Assembly (NCBI RefSeq): GCF_008189285.1
Contig: NZ_CP043315.1
Coordinates: forward strand, 180,001 to 212,000
Length of the DNA: 32,000 nucleotides
Direction of reading: 5' to 3'
Origin: Candidatus Saccharimonadota bacterium
Lineage (GTDB): Bacteria > Pseudomonadota > Alphaproteobacteria > CAJXXZ01 > 1604HC
The notes beneath the pieces were generated by a model that worked only from the letters and a program-made list of their open reading frames with translations, made no database searches and was not told where the DNA came from. Position 1 is the stretch's first letter. Each line of letters starts with the position of its first letter. Shown piece by piece: positions 8,900-16,988 of the stretch. The position numbers and the translations under genes were made by a program.

Positions 8900-9961
8900 A
8901 TGATTCTTAGATCAATTGTGTATTTAGATAGAAAAATCCTTTTTTGCGTAGCAAGCTTGTGTGTTATTAGTTCATTTTGCATGGCAGCATATGGCCCAGC
9001 ATCAATTTCAAGGCACATCTTATTATGGTCATTAGGAGCTTCATTATCTCTTTATATGCATTCAAAAGATAGTAAGTTATTAATTAAAATATCCAAGATA
9101 CTATTCATAATTTCAATATTTCTGATAATATTTGCCTATTTTAAGAGCTCAGCAATTAAAGGGTCAAAGAGATGGATTTCTTTATTTGGAATTTCATTGC
9201 AACCTTCAGAGCTATTAAAGAGTTCATGCATTATTATCGCTTCAGATTATCTCTTTAGAAAAAAGCATTTTAAATTTTTTGCAATATATTGTTTGGGCAT
9301 AGCTTTATTAATTAAACAGCCAGATTTTGGCTCAATATTATTATTATTATCTATTATGGCGATACAGCTATTTATATCCAATATTCGCATTATTCATTTA
9401 TTCTTTTTCTGTTTTTTTTCATCAATATTTGCATCAATGGCAATAGCAAGGCTTCCCCATGTGCAAGCTAGAATTTTCAATTTCATTTATGGAAAACAAT
9501 CTATTCTTGAAGGAGGATATCAAGGATTTATGTCAATTCAAACTATTAAATCTGGAGGATTTTTTGGATTAGGAATAGGAAAAGGAATTATTAAACAATA
9601 CTTGCCAGACGCATATTCTGATTTTATTTTTGCTGTTGTTGGAGAAGAATTGGGTGTTGTTGGATGCGTTTATTTAATTTATATGTTTTTGCTGTTAGGG
9701 TATTCTGCTTTTTTTAATAATAGAAAGCTGTATAGATCAGTTGAATATTATATAAATACTAGTTGTATCAGTATTTTTTTAATACAAGCTTGGATCAATA
9801 TTGCATCTGCATTATGGATAATACCAACAAAAGGGATTACTCTTCCATTTATTAGTCATGGAGGAACTTCGTTATTGATATCTTTCTGGACTTTATCCGG
9901 AATATTAATTTCATCTAGAAAGGCTAAATTTAGCAGAGAAATTATGCCGTTTGATACATGA
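8900..9961 (+). CDS. ftsW: SEDS-family peptidoglycan glycosyltransferase, FtsW-like
   Basis: 353-aa polytopic protein with SLQPSELLK, QPDFGS, FIFAVVGEELG and PTKGITLPFISHGGTSLL. The last motif resembles FtsW more than RodA. The gene is not in a dcw cluster here. Confidence 0.75.
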   Translation: MILRSIVYLDRKILFCVASLCVISSFCMAAYGPASISRHILLWSLGASLSLYMHSKDSKLLIKISKILFIISIFLIIFAYFKSSAIKGSKRWISLFGISLQPSELLKSSCIIIASDYLFRKKHFKFFAIYCLGIALLIKQPDFGSILLLLSIMAIQLFISNIRIIHLFFFCFFSSIFASMAIARLPHVQARIFNFIYGKQSILEGGYQGFMSIQTIKSGGFFGLGIGKGIIKQYLPDAYSDFIFAVVGEELGVVGCVYLIYMFLLLGYSAFFNNRKLYRSVEYYINTSCISIFLIQAWINIASALWIIPTKGITLPFISHGGTSLLISFWTLSGILISSRKAKFSREIMPFDT

Positions 9962-10080
9962 TTGATAAACAATAAAAAATGCGTAATAAATATATACGAT
10001 AAAAAATGTATAATTAAACATGAAAAAAGATTAAAAAATAAGCAAATAAGTTAAAAAAGCATAGCAGTATAAAAAAATGT

Positions 10081-10110
10081 TTGAATATTGATGTGTGTAT
10101 TTTCTATAAT
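10081..10110 (+). promoter_or_regulatory. Candidate sigma70-type promoter implying a leaderless terminase mRNA
   Basis: TTGAAT (10081-10086), an 18-bp spacer, then a perfect TATAAT (10105-10110). The ATG at 10117 lies 7 nt after the -10, and no Shine-Dalgarno is present. Confidence 0.35.
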
Positions 10111-10116
10111 TGAATT

Positions 10117-11355
10117 ATGCAGCAAGAATTATTAAGAGAAATATATGATTTAGGGTTAAAATTACTTCAAAAACAAGCGAAAGAATATGATTGGAATTTG
10201 CATGCTAGAGATTCGCAAAAAATACCATCCTGGAATTGGAGAGTGTGGCTCTTGATGGCTGGGCGAGGATTTGGAAAAACAAGAACTGGAGCAGAATCTA
10301 TTAGAAAACTTGTTTCGCAAGGGTATAGAAATATTTGCTTGCTAGGAAAGAACAAGGAAGATGTTAGAAAAATAATGATTGAAGGAAAAAGTGGATTACT
10401 GAATATCTATCCAGAGCATGAAAGGCCTAAATTCTTTGCTTCTAAGAATATTCTTCAATGGCCAAATGGAGCTATTGCGCAGGTTCATAGTTCAGATTCA
10501 TATGAAAGCTTGAGGGGTCCTCAGTTCGATTTAGCATGGGTTGATGAGTTGGCGAAATTTAGCAATTTAGATGAAACTTGGGATCAACTGATGATGACTA
10601 TGAGATTAGGAATTCCTAAAGTTATAATCACAACAACTCCCAAACCAATCTCCTTGTTACATAAATTGTGCAAAAGAAAAGATACTCATTATACGACAGG
10701 AAATACATTGGATAATGAGAAAAATTTATCTAAAGAGTATTTGGAATACATTAAAGATGAATATGGAGGCACTAGCTTTGGAAAACAAGAGCTTGATGGG
10801 GAGTTGTTAGATGATATGAAAATGTGGTCAGATGAGAATATTTATAGAAAAAACAAGAGCTCTATGAAATTTTCTAATGTCATTATTGCGATTGACCCTG
10901 CTGTGACAAACAATGAAAATAGTGATGAAACTGGAATAATTGTATTGGCAATGTCTAATGATGAGATATTTGTTCTTGAAGATAAAAGTGGAAAATACGC
11001 TTCATTTGATTGGATTAAAATTTGTGATCAAATGTGTGAAAAGTACAAAACAAGAACAATTGTTGCTGAGGTAAATCAAGGTGGAGATATGATAGAAGAT
11101 TTATTAAGAATACAAAATCCAAATATTGATTTTCATGGAATCAGGTCTATTCATAATAAAGTTACTAGAGCTCAGCCAGTAGTTTGTTTATATGATCAAG
11201 GAAAAATTTTTCATGTTGGTGTATTTGAAGAGCTTGAAGAGCAAATGAAATCATTTCCTGGATTTTCAAAGTCTCCTGATAGAGTGGATGCGCTAGTTAT
11301 AGGAATTAATTTTCTTAGATCTAAAAAAAGACTTGCACGAGTTTCCATAATTTAA
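10117..11355 (+). CDS. Phage terminase large subunit, RcGTA g2-like (orphan)
   Basis: 412 aa. Walker A is LLMAGRGFGKTRTGAE, as in alphaproteobacterial GTA terminases. Walker B is LAWVDELAKF. The C-terminal nuclease-like acidic motifs are IIAIDPAV, VAEVNQGGD and SPDRVDALV. No portal, capsid or small-terminase ORFs flank it. Confidence 0.8.
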   Translation: MQQELLREIYDLGLKLLQKQAKEYDWNLHARDSQKIPSWNWRVWLLMAGRGFGKTRTGAESIRKLVSQGYRNICLLGKNKEDVRKIMIEGKSGLLNIYPEHERPKFFASKNILQWPNGAIAQVHSSDSYESLRGPQFDLAWVDELAKFSNLDETWDQLMMTMRLGIPKVIITTTPKPISLLHKLCKRKDTHYTTGNTLDNEKNLSKEYLEYIKDEYGGTSFGKQELDGELLDDMKMWSDENIYRKNKSSMKFSNVIIAIDPAVTNNENSDETGIIVLAMSNDEIFVLEDKSGKYASFDWIKICDQMCEKYKTRTIVAEVNQGGDMIEDLLRIQNPNIDFHGIRSIHNKVTRAQPVVCLYDQGKIFHVGVFEELEEQMKSFPGFSKSPDRVDALVIGINFLRSKKRLARVSII

Positions 11356-11490
11356 ATTTATTTAGAAGTTAAAAAAATTATTTTCACAATTTAAAATATC
11401 AAATAGCAATTCTACGTATTAGAAAATATAAAAACATTTTTAAAGTGCAATAAGTTGTATTTGAAAGAATGAATATTTCCAAATCGCAAA

Positions 11491-11596
11491 ATCACATATC
11501 GTAAAACTTTAAAATATTTATAGTAATTTAAAATTATAACTAAATCATATATCATAAAACTTTAAAATATTGATAGTAATTTAAAATTATAACTAT
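11491..11596. repeat. 53-bp tandem duplication (49/53 identical)
   Basis: atca(c/t)atatc(g/a)taaaactttaaaatatt(t/g)atagtaatttaaaattataacta occurs at 11491-11543 and 11544-11596, between the terminase and tRNA-Asp. Confidence 0.9.
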
Positions 11597-11742
11597 AGCT
11601 ATAATTATAATTATTTATTAAATCTCATCAAGATATTTAAAATAGTATATGTAGTATAAATATTATTACCAATCAAAAAGCATGTAATCAAATTTTGAAA
11701 ATTTTAATTTTTTTGTTGAAAATATTAATTTGAAGATATAGG

Positions 11743-11820
11743 TGGCGAGAGCGACGGGACTCGAACCCGCGACCTTCGGCGTGACAAGCCGACGCTCTAA
11801 CCAAGCTGAGCTACGCCCCC
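11743..11820 (-). tRNA. tRNA-Asp (GUC), CCA encoded
   Basis: The reverse complement folds as follows. Acceptor GGGGGCG/CGCTCTC (two G-U pairs), anticodon stem TCGGC/GCCGA with loop TTGTCAC (GTC), T arm GCGGG-TTCGAGT-CCCGT, discriminator G, then CCA. Confidence 0.88.
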
Positions 11821-11981
11821 TATGAGATAAATTTATACAAAAAATACCTGTCTGTCAATTATAAAAGGTAAAAATAATATAAATTACTCATCAATAAAAG
11901 ATATAAAGAAACTATTATTGATTATTAGAATTACTTTAATAATTTACTTTGAATTCATTGTGCCGCTTAAGTTATTTGCGA

Positions 11982-13070
11982 CTATGAATTGTTGTGCCAT
12001 TCAATTGCTAGAGGTCTTCCATTTGCAGAATCATACATATTTTGACTATGCTGGCGCAATTCTTTTGCCTTTTGACTTGTATTGCTTATTAGTTCTTTGT
12101 TATTTGAATAAGCTTCTTTTCCTTGGTTGTATAAGTCCTGAGCTAGCGCAAGAGTTCCTTCTTTATTTTCTTTTTGTGCTTTGCGTGCTTTTGTTACAGT
12201 GTCATAACCGCTTTGAGCTTTTTCATATACATCTTTTGCAATATTTCTATTATCTTCACTCTTTACAAAATCTACAAAACCAGAAGCTGATTTTTTGAAT
12301 TGATCATTATTTGCCAAACTTTTACCTGCATTGAATGCACTTTTACCTGCATTGAATGCACTTGTTGCAGCGCTTGAAGCGCTGTTTTTCGCCCATTGAG
12401 CCCCTCTTGCTCCTGCATTGAATGCGCTTGCTGCAGCACCTGGAGCACTGTTTTTCGCCCATTGAGCTCCTTTTGCTCCTGCATTGAATGCACTTGTTGC
12501 AGCGCTTGAGGCACTGTTTTTCGCCCATCCAAACATTCCTTTTGCTTTGCTAGATGCAGAGTTAAGCAAATTATTTCTCTCTTTGGGTTGATTGTCAAAT
12601 AACGGCATATTTGCTTGATTAGGAGCATATACATGTTCTTGAGCATCCAATAAAGAGATTGGAGGCGCGCTTGGAACAGTATTTGTTTCATAGTTTCTAT
12701 AATTTGCCTGCGCAATAGGAGCAGAAGATCCTTTTAGAATTGGTGGCTCTGGTTCCATATACATTGGTGGCTCTGGATATATTGGAGCCTCTGGTTCCAT
12801 ATACATTGGAGCAGAAGATCTTTTTAATGTTGAAGTTTTTTGTGTATTTGAGTTGTTGTACCCATATACATTTTCAAACATTTTTTGACGCTCAATTTCA
12901 TTTGCTGTTTGGTTAGAAGATACTCTTCTTCCTGAGCTTTTTCTTCCTGAGCTTTTTCTTCTAGCATTTCTTGCTTGAGAAGATGTTTTTCTTTTTACGT
13001 TACTAACTCCTGCATCAACACTTAAACAAGACATTAATGCGCAAAATATTGCAAAATTCTTTTTATTCAT
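11982..13070 (-). CDS. Secreted repeat protein of unknown function (signal peptide, Pro-rich repeats, Ala/Ser-rich 22-aa repeats)
   Basis: An AGGAG Shine-Dalgarno is present. The N-terminus MNKKNFAIFCALMSCLSVDAG is signal-like. There is a basic RKSSG(R)RKSSGR segment, then PMYMEPEAPIYPEPPMYMEPEPP. WAKNSASSAATSAFNAGAKGAQ occurs x3 (66-bp DNA period, about 12343-12540), plus KSAFNAG x2. Other-frame ORFs at 12272-12715 and 12343-12528 are repeat artefacts. Confidence 0.75.
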   Translation of the reverse strand: MNKKNFAIFCALMSCLSVDAGVSNVKRKTSSQARNARRKSSGRKSSGRRVSSNQTANEIERQKMFENVYGYNNSNTQKTSTLKRSSAPMYMEPEAPIYPEPPMYMEPEPPILKGSSAPIAQANYRNYETNTVPSAPPISLLDAQEHVYAPNQANMPLFDNQPKERNNLLNSASSKAKGMFGWAKNSASSAATSAFNAGAKGAQWAKNSAPGAAASAFNAGARGAQWAKNSASSAATSAFNAGKSAFNAGKSLANNDQFKKSASGFVDFVKSEDNRNIAKDVYEKAQSGYDTVTKARKAQKENKEGTLALAQDLYNQGKEAYSNNKELISNTSQKAKELRQHSQNMYDSANGRPLAIEWHNNS

Positions 13071-13554
13071 TTGTTTTCTCCTGTACTATAACAATACTTA
13101 GTTTGAATTAAGTTTGTGTAAAATTTAATTACAGGATGCATGTAATATTCATATGAATTTACAATAAAAGCATATTAAAATTAATTCATTATTTTCCACA
13201 GTAATAATGATTTTTAAAAAGCTGCAAAGTAGATGAATTAGAAAATGCAGGTTGAATTATTATTGATTGCGTGAAAAAGCTCGATTAATATTATTTAGGC
13301 AATACATAAGAAAGATTTGATATAAATATTACATGGAAAATTTTATGGAAAAACCTTTGTTCAGAATGATTTTATAATTTTATTAATAATGCTAATTTCA
13401 TTGGTAATTTTAAAATTATATATAAATCTATATATCTCTCATTTCATTCTCATGTTTTTAATTTTTGAAACAGTTGAATTTCTTATTAGCATAAATGAAG
13501 TTTGCGCTAATATCTTTTTAATTTATTTTGCTTATTTGCTTGTTTTTACTCATC

Positions 13555-14229
13555 TCATGCTTTATATGCAGACAAGCTTGTCATTAAAGATTCCAAATAG
13601 TCATCTTTATAATTTCTCATATCAGTATATTGATCTAAATCTTTTTCTGCTGGCCTAAAAACAATTTTTTTCATTTTATTTTTATGAATTTTTTCTATAA
13701 TTTCTAGTGATTCTCTTCTTTCTTCTTCTGTGTTGTATTTGATCGAATAGATAGATTTTTTTATTGAAACTAAGCGTCCATTATCTATAAATATATCATT
13801 GCTAGATATGCAAGTATCCATAAATATTCTAAAATTTCCCCCTTCATTCATTTCAACCAATCCGTTTATTATTCTTTCTCTTTCAAATTTATTTCCTTCA
13901 TAGAGTTGTTCAAATCTAATTCCACGCAATGTTCCACGCAATGTTCTTCCATCGTCGTTAACTTGATATATTTCATCATGTTTAGCATTATAAAGATTTT
14001 GTTTAGCATTTTGTAACTCAGCTATTTTAACTTTTAACTCTTCTTTTTGCTTTTCAAATTCTTTTTGTACTTCATCTGCTTTACGTTCTAAATTTTCGAT
14101 TTTAGCAGCATTGATTTGATTCCATGACAGAGTTGATGTATGATCAATTAATTTCTCTGAATTCATGGCTAGCGATTTTTCAATTTTAAAAAGAAGTGAT
14201 GCCAGCAGTATAACTTTTATATTTTTCAT
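13555..14229 (-). CDS. Hypothetical secreted protein with an N-terminal coiled coil
   Basis: 224 aa. The N-terminus MKNIKVILLASLLF..SLA is signal-like. It is followed by a heptad-like segment, ENLERKADEVQKEFEKQKEELKVKIAELQNAKQNL. I recognise no family. Confidence 0.6.
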   Translation of the reverse strand: MKNIKVILLASLLFKIEKSLAMNSEKLIDHTSTLSWNQINAAKIENLERKADEVQKEFEKQKEELKVKIAELQNAKQNLYNAKHDEIYQVNDDGRTLRGTLRGIRFEQLYEGNKFERERIINGLVEMNEGGNFRIFMDTCISSNDIFIDNGRLVSIKKSIYSIKYNTEEERRESLEIIEKIHKNKMKKIVFRPAEKDLDQYTDMRNYKDDYLESLMTSLSAYKA

Positions 14230-14309
14230 ACATTTATTTTATATGCATTATGCGCAAATTATAAGCGCAAACTATATTGAAATATGCACAGTTAAGATGT
14301 GAATAGTAA

Positions 14310-15095
14310 TTATGATTTGTTTGATTTATGATTATTTGATATATAATCAGACACTTTTGAAAAATTGATTTCTTGTATTTCTCCAGGACTTAAATTTCCC
14401 AATTTAAATGGCCCGTGTTGCACTTTCTTTAATTTAAATATTGTCATATTGCATTTTTCGCATATTCTTCTTATTTCTCTATTTTTTCCTTCGCGTAGCT
14501 CTAATCTAATTTTATAACACCCAACTAATTTTGTTTGATTGGTCATATTGATTCTCATTAATTCTTGACCATCTAAGCATGGATTTCTGATCTCAGAAGC
14601 AAATGATCTGTCTATATGGTTTACATATATGTCGTAAACTCTTTTATAGTTTGAAGAAGAGAATATTTTCACCAAACTTGGAACATTAGTTAAAACAACC
14701 AATCCTTCAGACATATAATCAAGCCTTCCTAGAAATGTAAGATGCTCTCTAATATTTATTATGTCAAAAATAGTTTCGTATCCATCTTGCGGGTTGTGGG
14801 TTGTTAAATACTTGATTGGTTTGTGAAATATAAAAACTTTACTAGATTTCTTTATTTGTCTTCCATCTACAGTTATTTCATCGCTATTGCTAACTCTTTC
14901 AGCGCATTCATTTATCCTGATTCCGTTTACACATACGCGCCCATATTGAACCAATCGCTCTGCTTCTCTTCTACTGCAAAAACCCATAGAAGAAATTGCA
15001 TGTCCTATTTTCTTTTTATCGTCATTTTTGCTTAATTCATTTGCATTAGCATTGTTTTGCAAATTATCTTGATCTAAGTTGTTTAAATTGCTCAA
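14310..15095 (-). CDS. RluB/RsuA-family pseudouridine synthase (S4 domain plus catalytic GRLD)
   Basis: S4-like region (GHAISSMGFCSRREAERLVQYGRVCVNG), GRLDYMSEGLVVLTN with the catalytic Asp, and KRVYDIYV. The track start is a TTG overlapping the upstream stop (TTGA), so the exact start is uncertain. Confidence 0.8.
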   Translation of the reverse strand: MSNLNNLDQDNLQNNANANELSKNDDKKKIGHAISSMGFCSRREAERLVQYGRVCVNGIRINECAERVSNSDEITVDGRQIKKSSKVFIFHKPIKYLTTHNPQDGYETIFDIINIREHLTFLGRLDYMSEGLVVLTNVPSLVKIFSSSNYKRVYDIYVNHIDRSFASEIRNPCLDGQELMRINMTNQTKLVGCYKIRLELREGKNREIRRICEKCNMTIFKLKKVQHGPFKLGNLSPGEIQEINFSKVSDYISNNHKSNKS

Positions 15096-15619
15096 AACAT
15101 AATTCCAAAATTATTTACAATTAATTGAATTCCTTCTGCGCTATCCCAATTGAATTCAGGATTCTCCATTCTATACTTTACTTTTCCATCTTTTATCAAA
15201 AGAACTATAGGTTTATTTTTTGCAGACATTTTTTTGGAAAAAGAATTTTTATGATCAACAAAGAATTCCATTTCAAATTTATGATGTCTTTGAACAGATC
15301 TTAATTGAGGCAATATTTCTTGATCTTCATAATCAGTATTTATTATTGCAACAATTTTTATTTTATCTTTAAAAATACTATTAATTTTCCCTAATTTTAA
15401 AATAGAAATCATAGAATTTCTTACTAAAGATTGACCTTGATTTTTATTCAAATCACATATCAGTATCATTGCCGGTCCATTTTCTTTGGTTGAAATTTGA
15501 GCATTTTCATTTTCTAAAACAACATCTTTAGAAAATCCATTTTGATAACCAAAAAAACCTATAGCAAAAAATACTACTATAAATAGAAAATTACGTACTT
15601 TTTTTATTTTGCAAAACAC
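15092..15619 (-). CDS. Membrane-anchored hypothetical protein, possibly a thioredoxin fold without CxxC
   Basis: 175 aa with an N-terminal TM helix (FLFIVVFFAIGFFGY). The layout loosely resembles TlpA/ResA-type proteins, but LNKNQG sits where WCxxC would be. It overlaps the pseudouridine synthase gene by 4 bp. Confidence 0.45.
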   Translation of the reverse strand: MFCKIKKVRNFLFIVVFFAIGFFGYQNGFSKDVVLENENAQISTKENGPAMILICDLNKNQGQSLVRNSMISILKLGKINSIFKDKIKIVAIINTDYEDQEILPQLRSVQRHHKFEMEFFVDHKNSFSKKMSAKNKPIVLLIKDGKVKYRMENPEFNWDSAEGIQLIVNNFGIMF

Positions 15620-15665
15620 AATAACATTTTATACTAAAAAAATTAATTTTATGATAGAATAGCTC

Positions 15666-16988
15666 GTGGATTTTTATCAAGTAAAGGGCGGATATAATTT
15701 TTCTGGACAAATTCGATGCGGAGGCGCTAAGAATTTATCCATTAAAGCTATAATTGCTACTTTGCTTTCTGATAATATTTCTATTTTAGAAAACATTCCT
15801 GATATATTAGACATTAAGTCTATCAAACATTTGCTAAATGAAATAGGAGTAAAGTTTGAACATAATAAAGACGTAATTTCAATTGATGCAGGAACAATAA
15901 ATAATTTCATAATTAAAGAAAATAAAGATGTTTTATACGGAAGAACAACCATCTTGTTATTAGCTGCTTTAATGCATAGAAGCGACATTGTGTCTGTTCC
16001 GAAAATGGATGGATGCAAATTTGGACCCAGATCGACTGATTTTCATTTCGATATATTGTCTAAATTTGGAATCAAAATGTCCGAAGAGGAAAATCAATAT
16101 ATAGCCAAAAAAACTTCTAAGTTAGTTGGGCAAAAAATTACTCTTCCTTTTCCATCTGTAGGTGCTACAGAATTTGGCTTGCTAATTTCTGTTTTGGCTG
16201 AAGGAATATCTGTTCTAGACAATGTTGCTACAGAGCCAGAGATATTGTGTTTAATTTCTCTTCTTCAACAAATGGGAGCAAAAATACATTGGACTGGAAA
16301 AAGTGAAATAACGATAGAGGGTGTAAAAACTTTATATGGAGCTAATTACAGAATTATAAGTGATCGCATTGAAACAGCCTCATGGGCGGTTCTTGCTGCT
16401 TGTAGTGATGGATCAATAGATGTGCATAATGTAGATAACATTGAATATCTTTCAACTTTTCTTGGAATATATCAAAGAATGGGTGGGGGATTTCAGAGAA
16501 TACCTGAAGGAATTCGTTTTTTTCGTAGAGAGAAGCTAAAAAGTATATCAATTGAAACAGGAGCATATCCTATTTTTTCTACTGATTACCAACCTATGCT
16601 TACTTTGATGATGTCGCAAGCCGATGGAATTAGCTCTGTGCATGAAACATTATTTGAAGATCGATTGGCTCATTTAAAGAATTTGAACAAATTTGGAGTT
16701 AAGAGTGATGTAGTTACAAATTGCATTGGATCTCCTTGTCAGTTTCATCAACAAAATCACAAACATAGTGCTTTTGTGTGCGGAAATGCTCAATTAATAG
16801 CTCCAGATGAAATTATAGAATCTGAAAACTTAAGATCAGGAATGACTTATTTGATAGCCGGATGCTTGGCAAAAGGCATTTCTAAAATAGGAAATATACA
16901 TCTAATTGGAAGAGGGTATGAAAATATTCTTGAAAAATTACGATCATTGAATATTGATATAAATCTAATTAAAAGAGGTGAAAAATGA
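15666..16988 (+). CDS. murA: UDP-N-acetylglucosamine 1-carboxyvinyltransferase
   Basis: GTG start. MDFYQVKGGYNFSGQIRCGGAKN aligns with the MurA N-terminus. An active-site Cys is retained (PKMDGCKFGPRSTDFH). 440 aa. Confidence 0.95.
   Translation: MDFYQVKGGYNFSGQIRCGGAKNLSIKAIIATLLSDNISILENIPDILDIKSIKHLLNEIGVKFEHNKDVISIDAGTINNFIIKENKDVLYGRTTILLLAALMHRSDIVSVPKMDGCKFGPRSTDFHFDILSKFGIKMSEEENQYIAKKTSKLVGQKITLPFPSVGATEFGLLISVLAEGISVLDNVATEPEILCLISLLQQMGAKIHWTGKSEITIEGVKTLYGANYRIISDRIETASWAVLAACSDGSIDVHNVDNIEYLSTFLGIYQRMGGGFQRIPEGIRFFRREKLKSISIETGAYPIFSTDYQPMLTLMMSQADGISSVHETLFEDRLAHLKNLNKFGVKSDVVTNCIGSPCQFHQQNHKHSAFVCGNAQLIAPDEIIESENLRSGMTYLIAGCLAKGISKIGNIHLIGRGYENILEKLRSLNIDINLIKRGEK

Noticed and set aside
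11918-12715. ORFs 11918-12298 (+), 12272-12715 (-) and 12343-12528 (-) overlapping the secreted repeat gene
   Set aside because: These are alternative frames of the 66-bp repeat region. Only the 362-aa frame has a Shine-Dalgarno, a signal peptide and coherent repeat peptides.
15620-15668. A TAGAAT hexamer 5 nt before the murA GTG, suggesting a leaderless murA mRNA
   Set aside because: The -35 region is poor, and a GTG start is, as far as I know, a less favourable leaderless initiator. The 46-bp divergent spacer is too AT-rich to separate signal from noise by eye.
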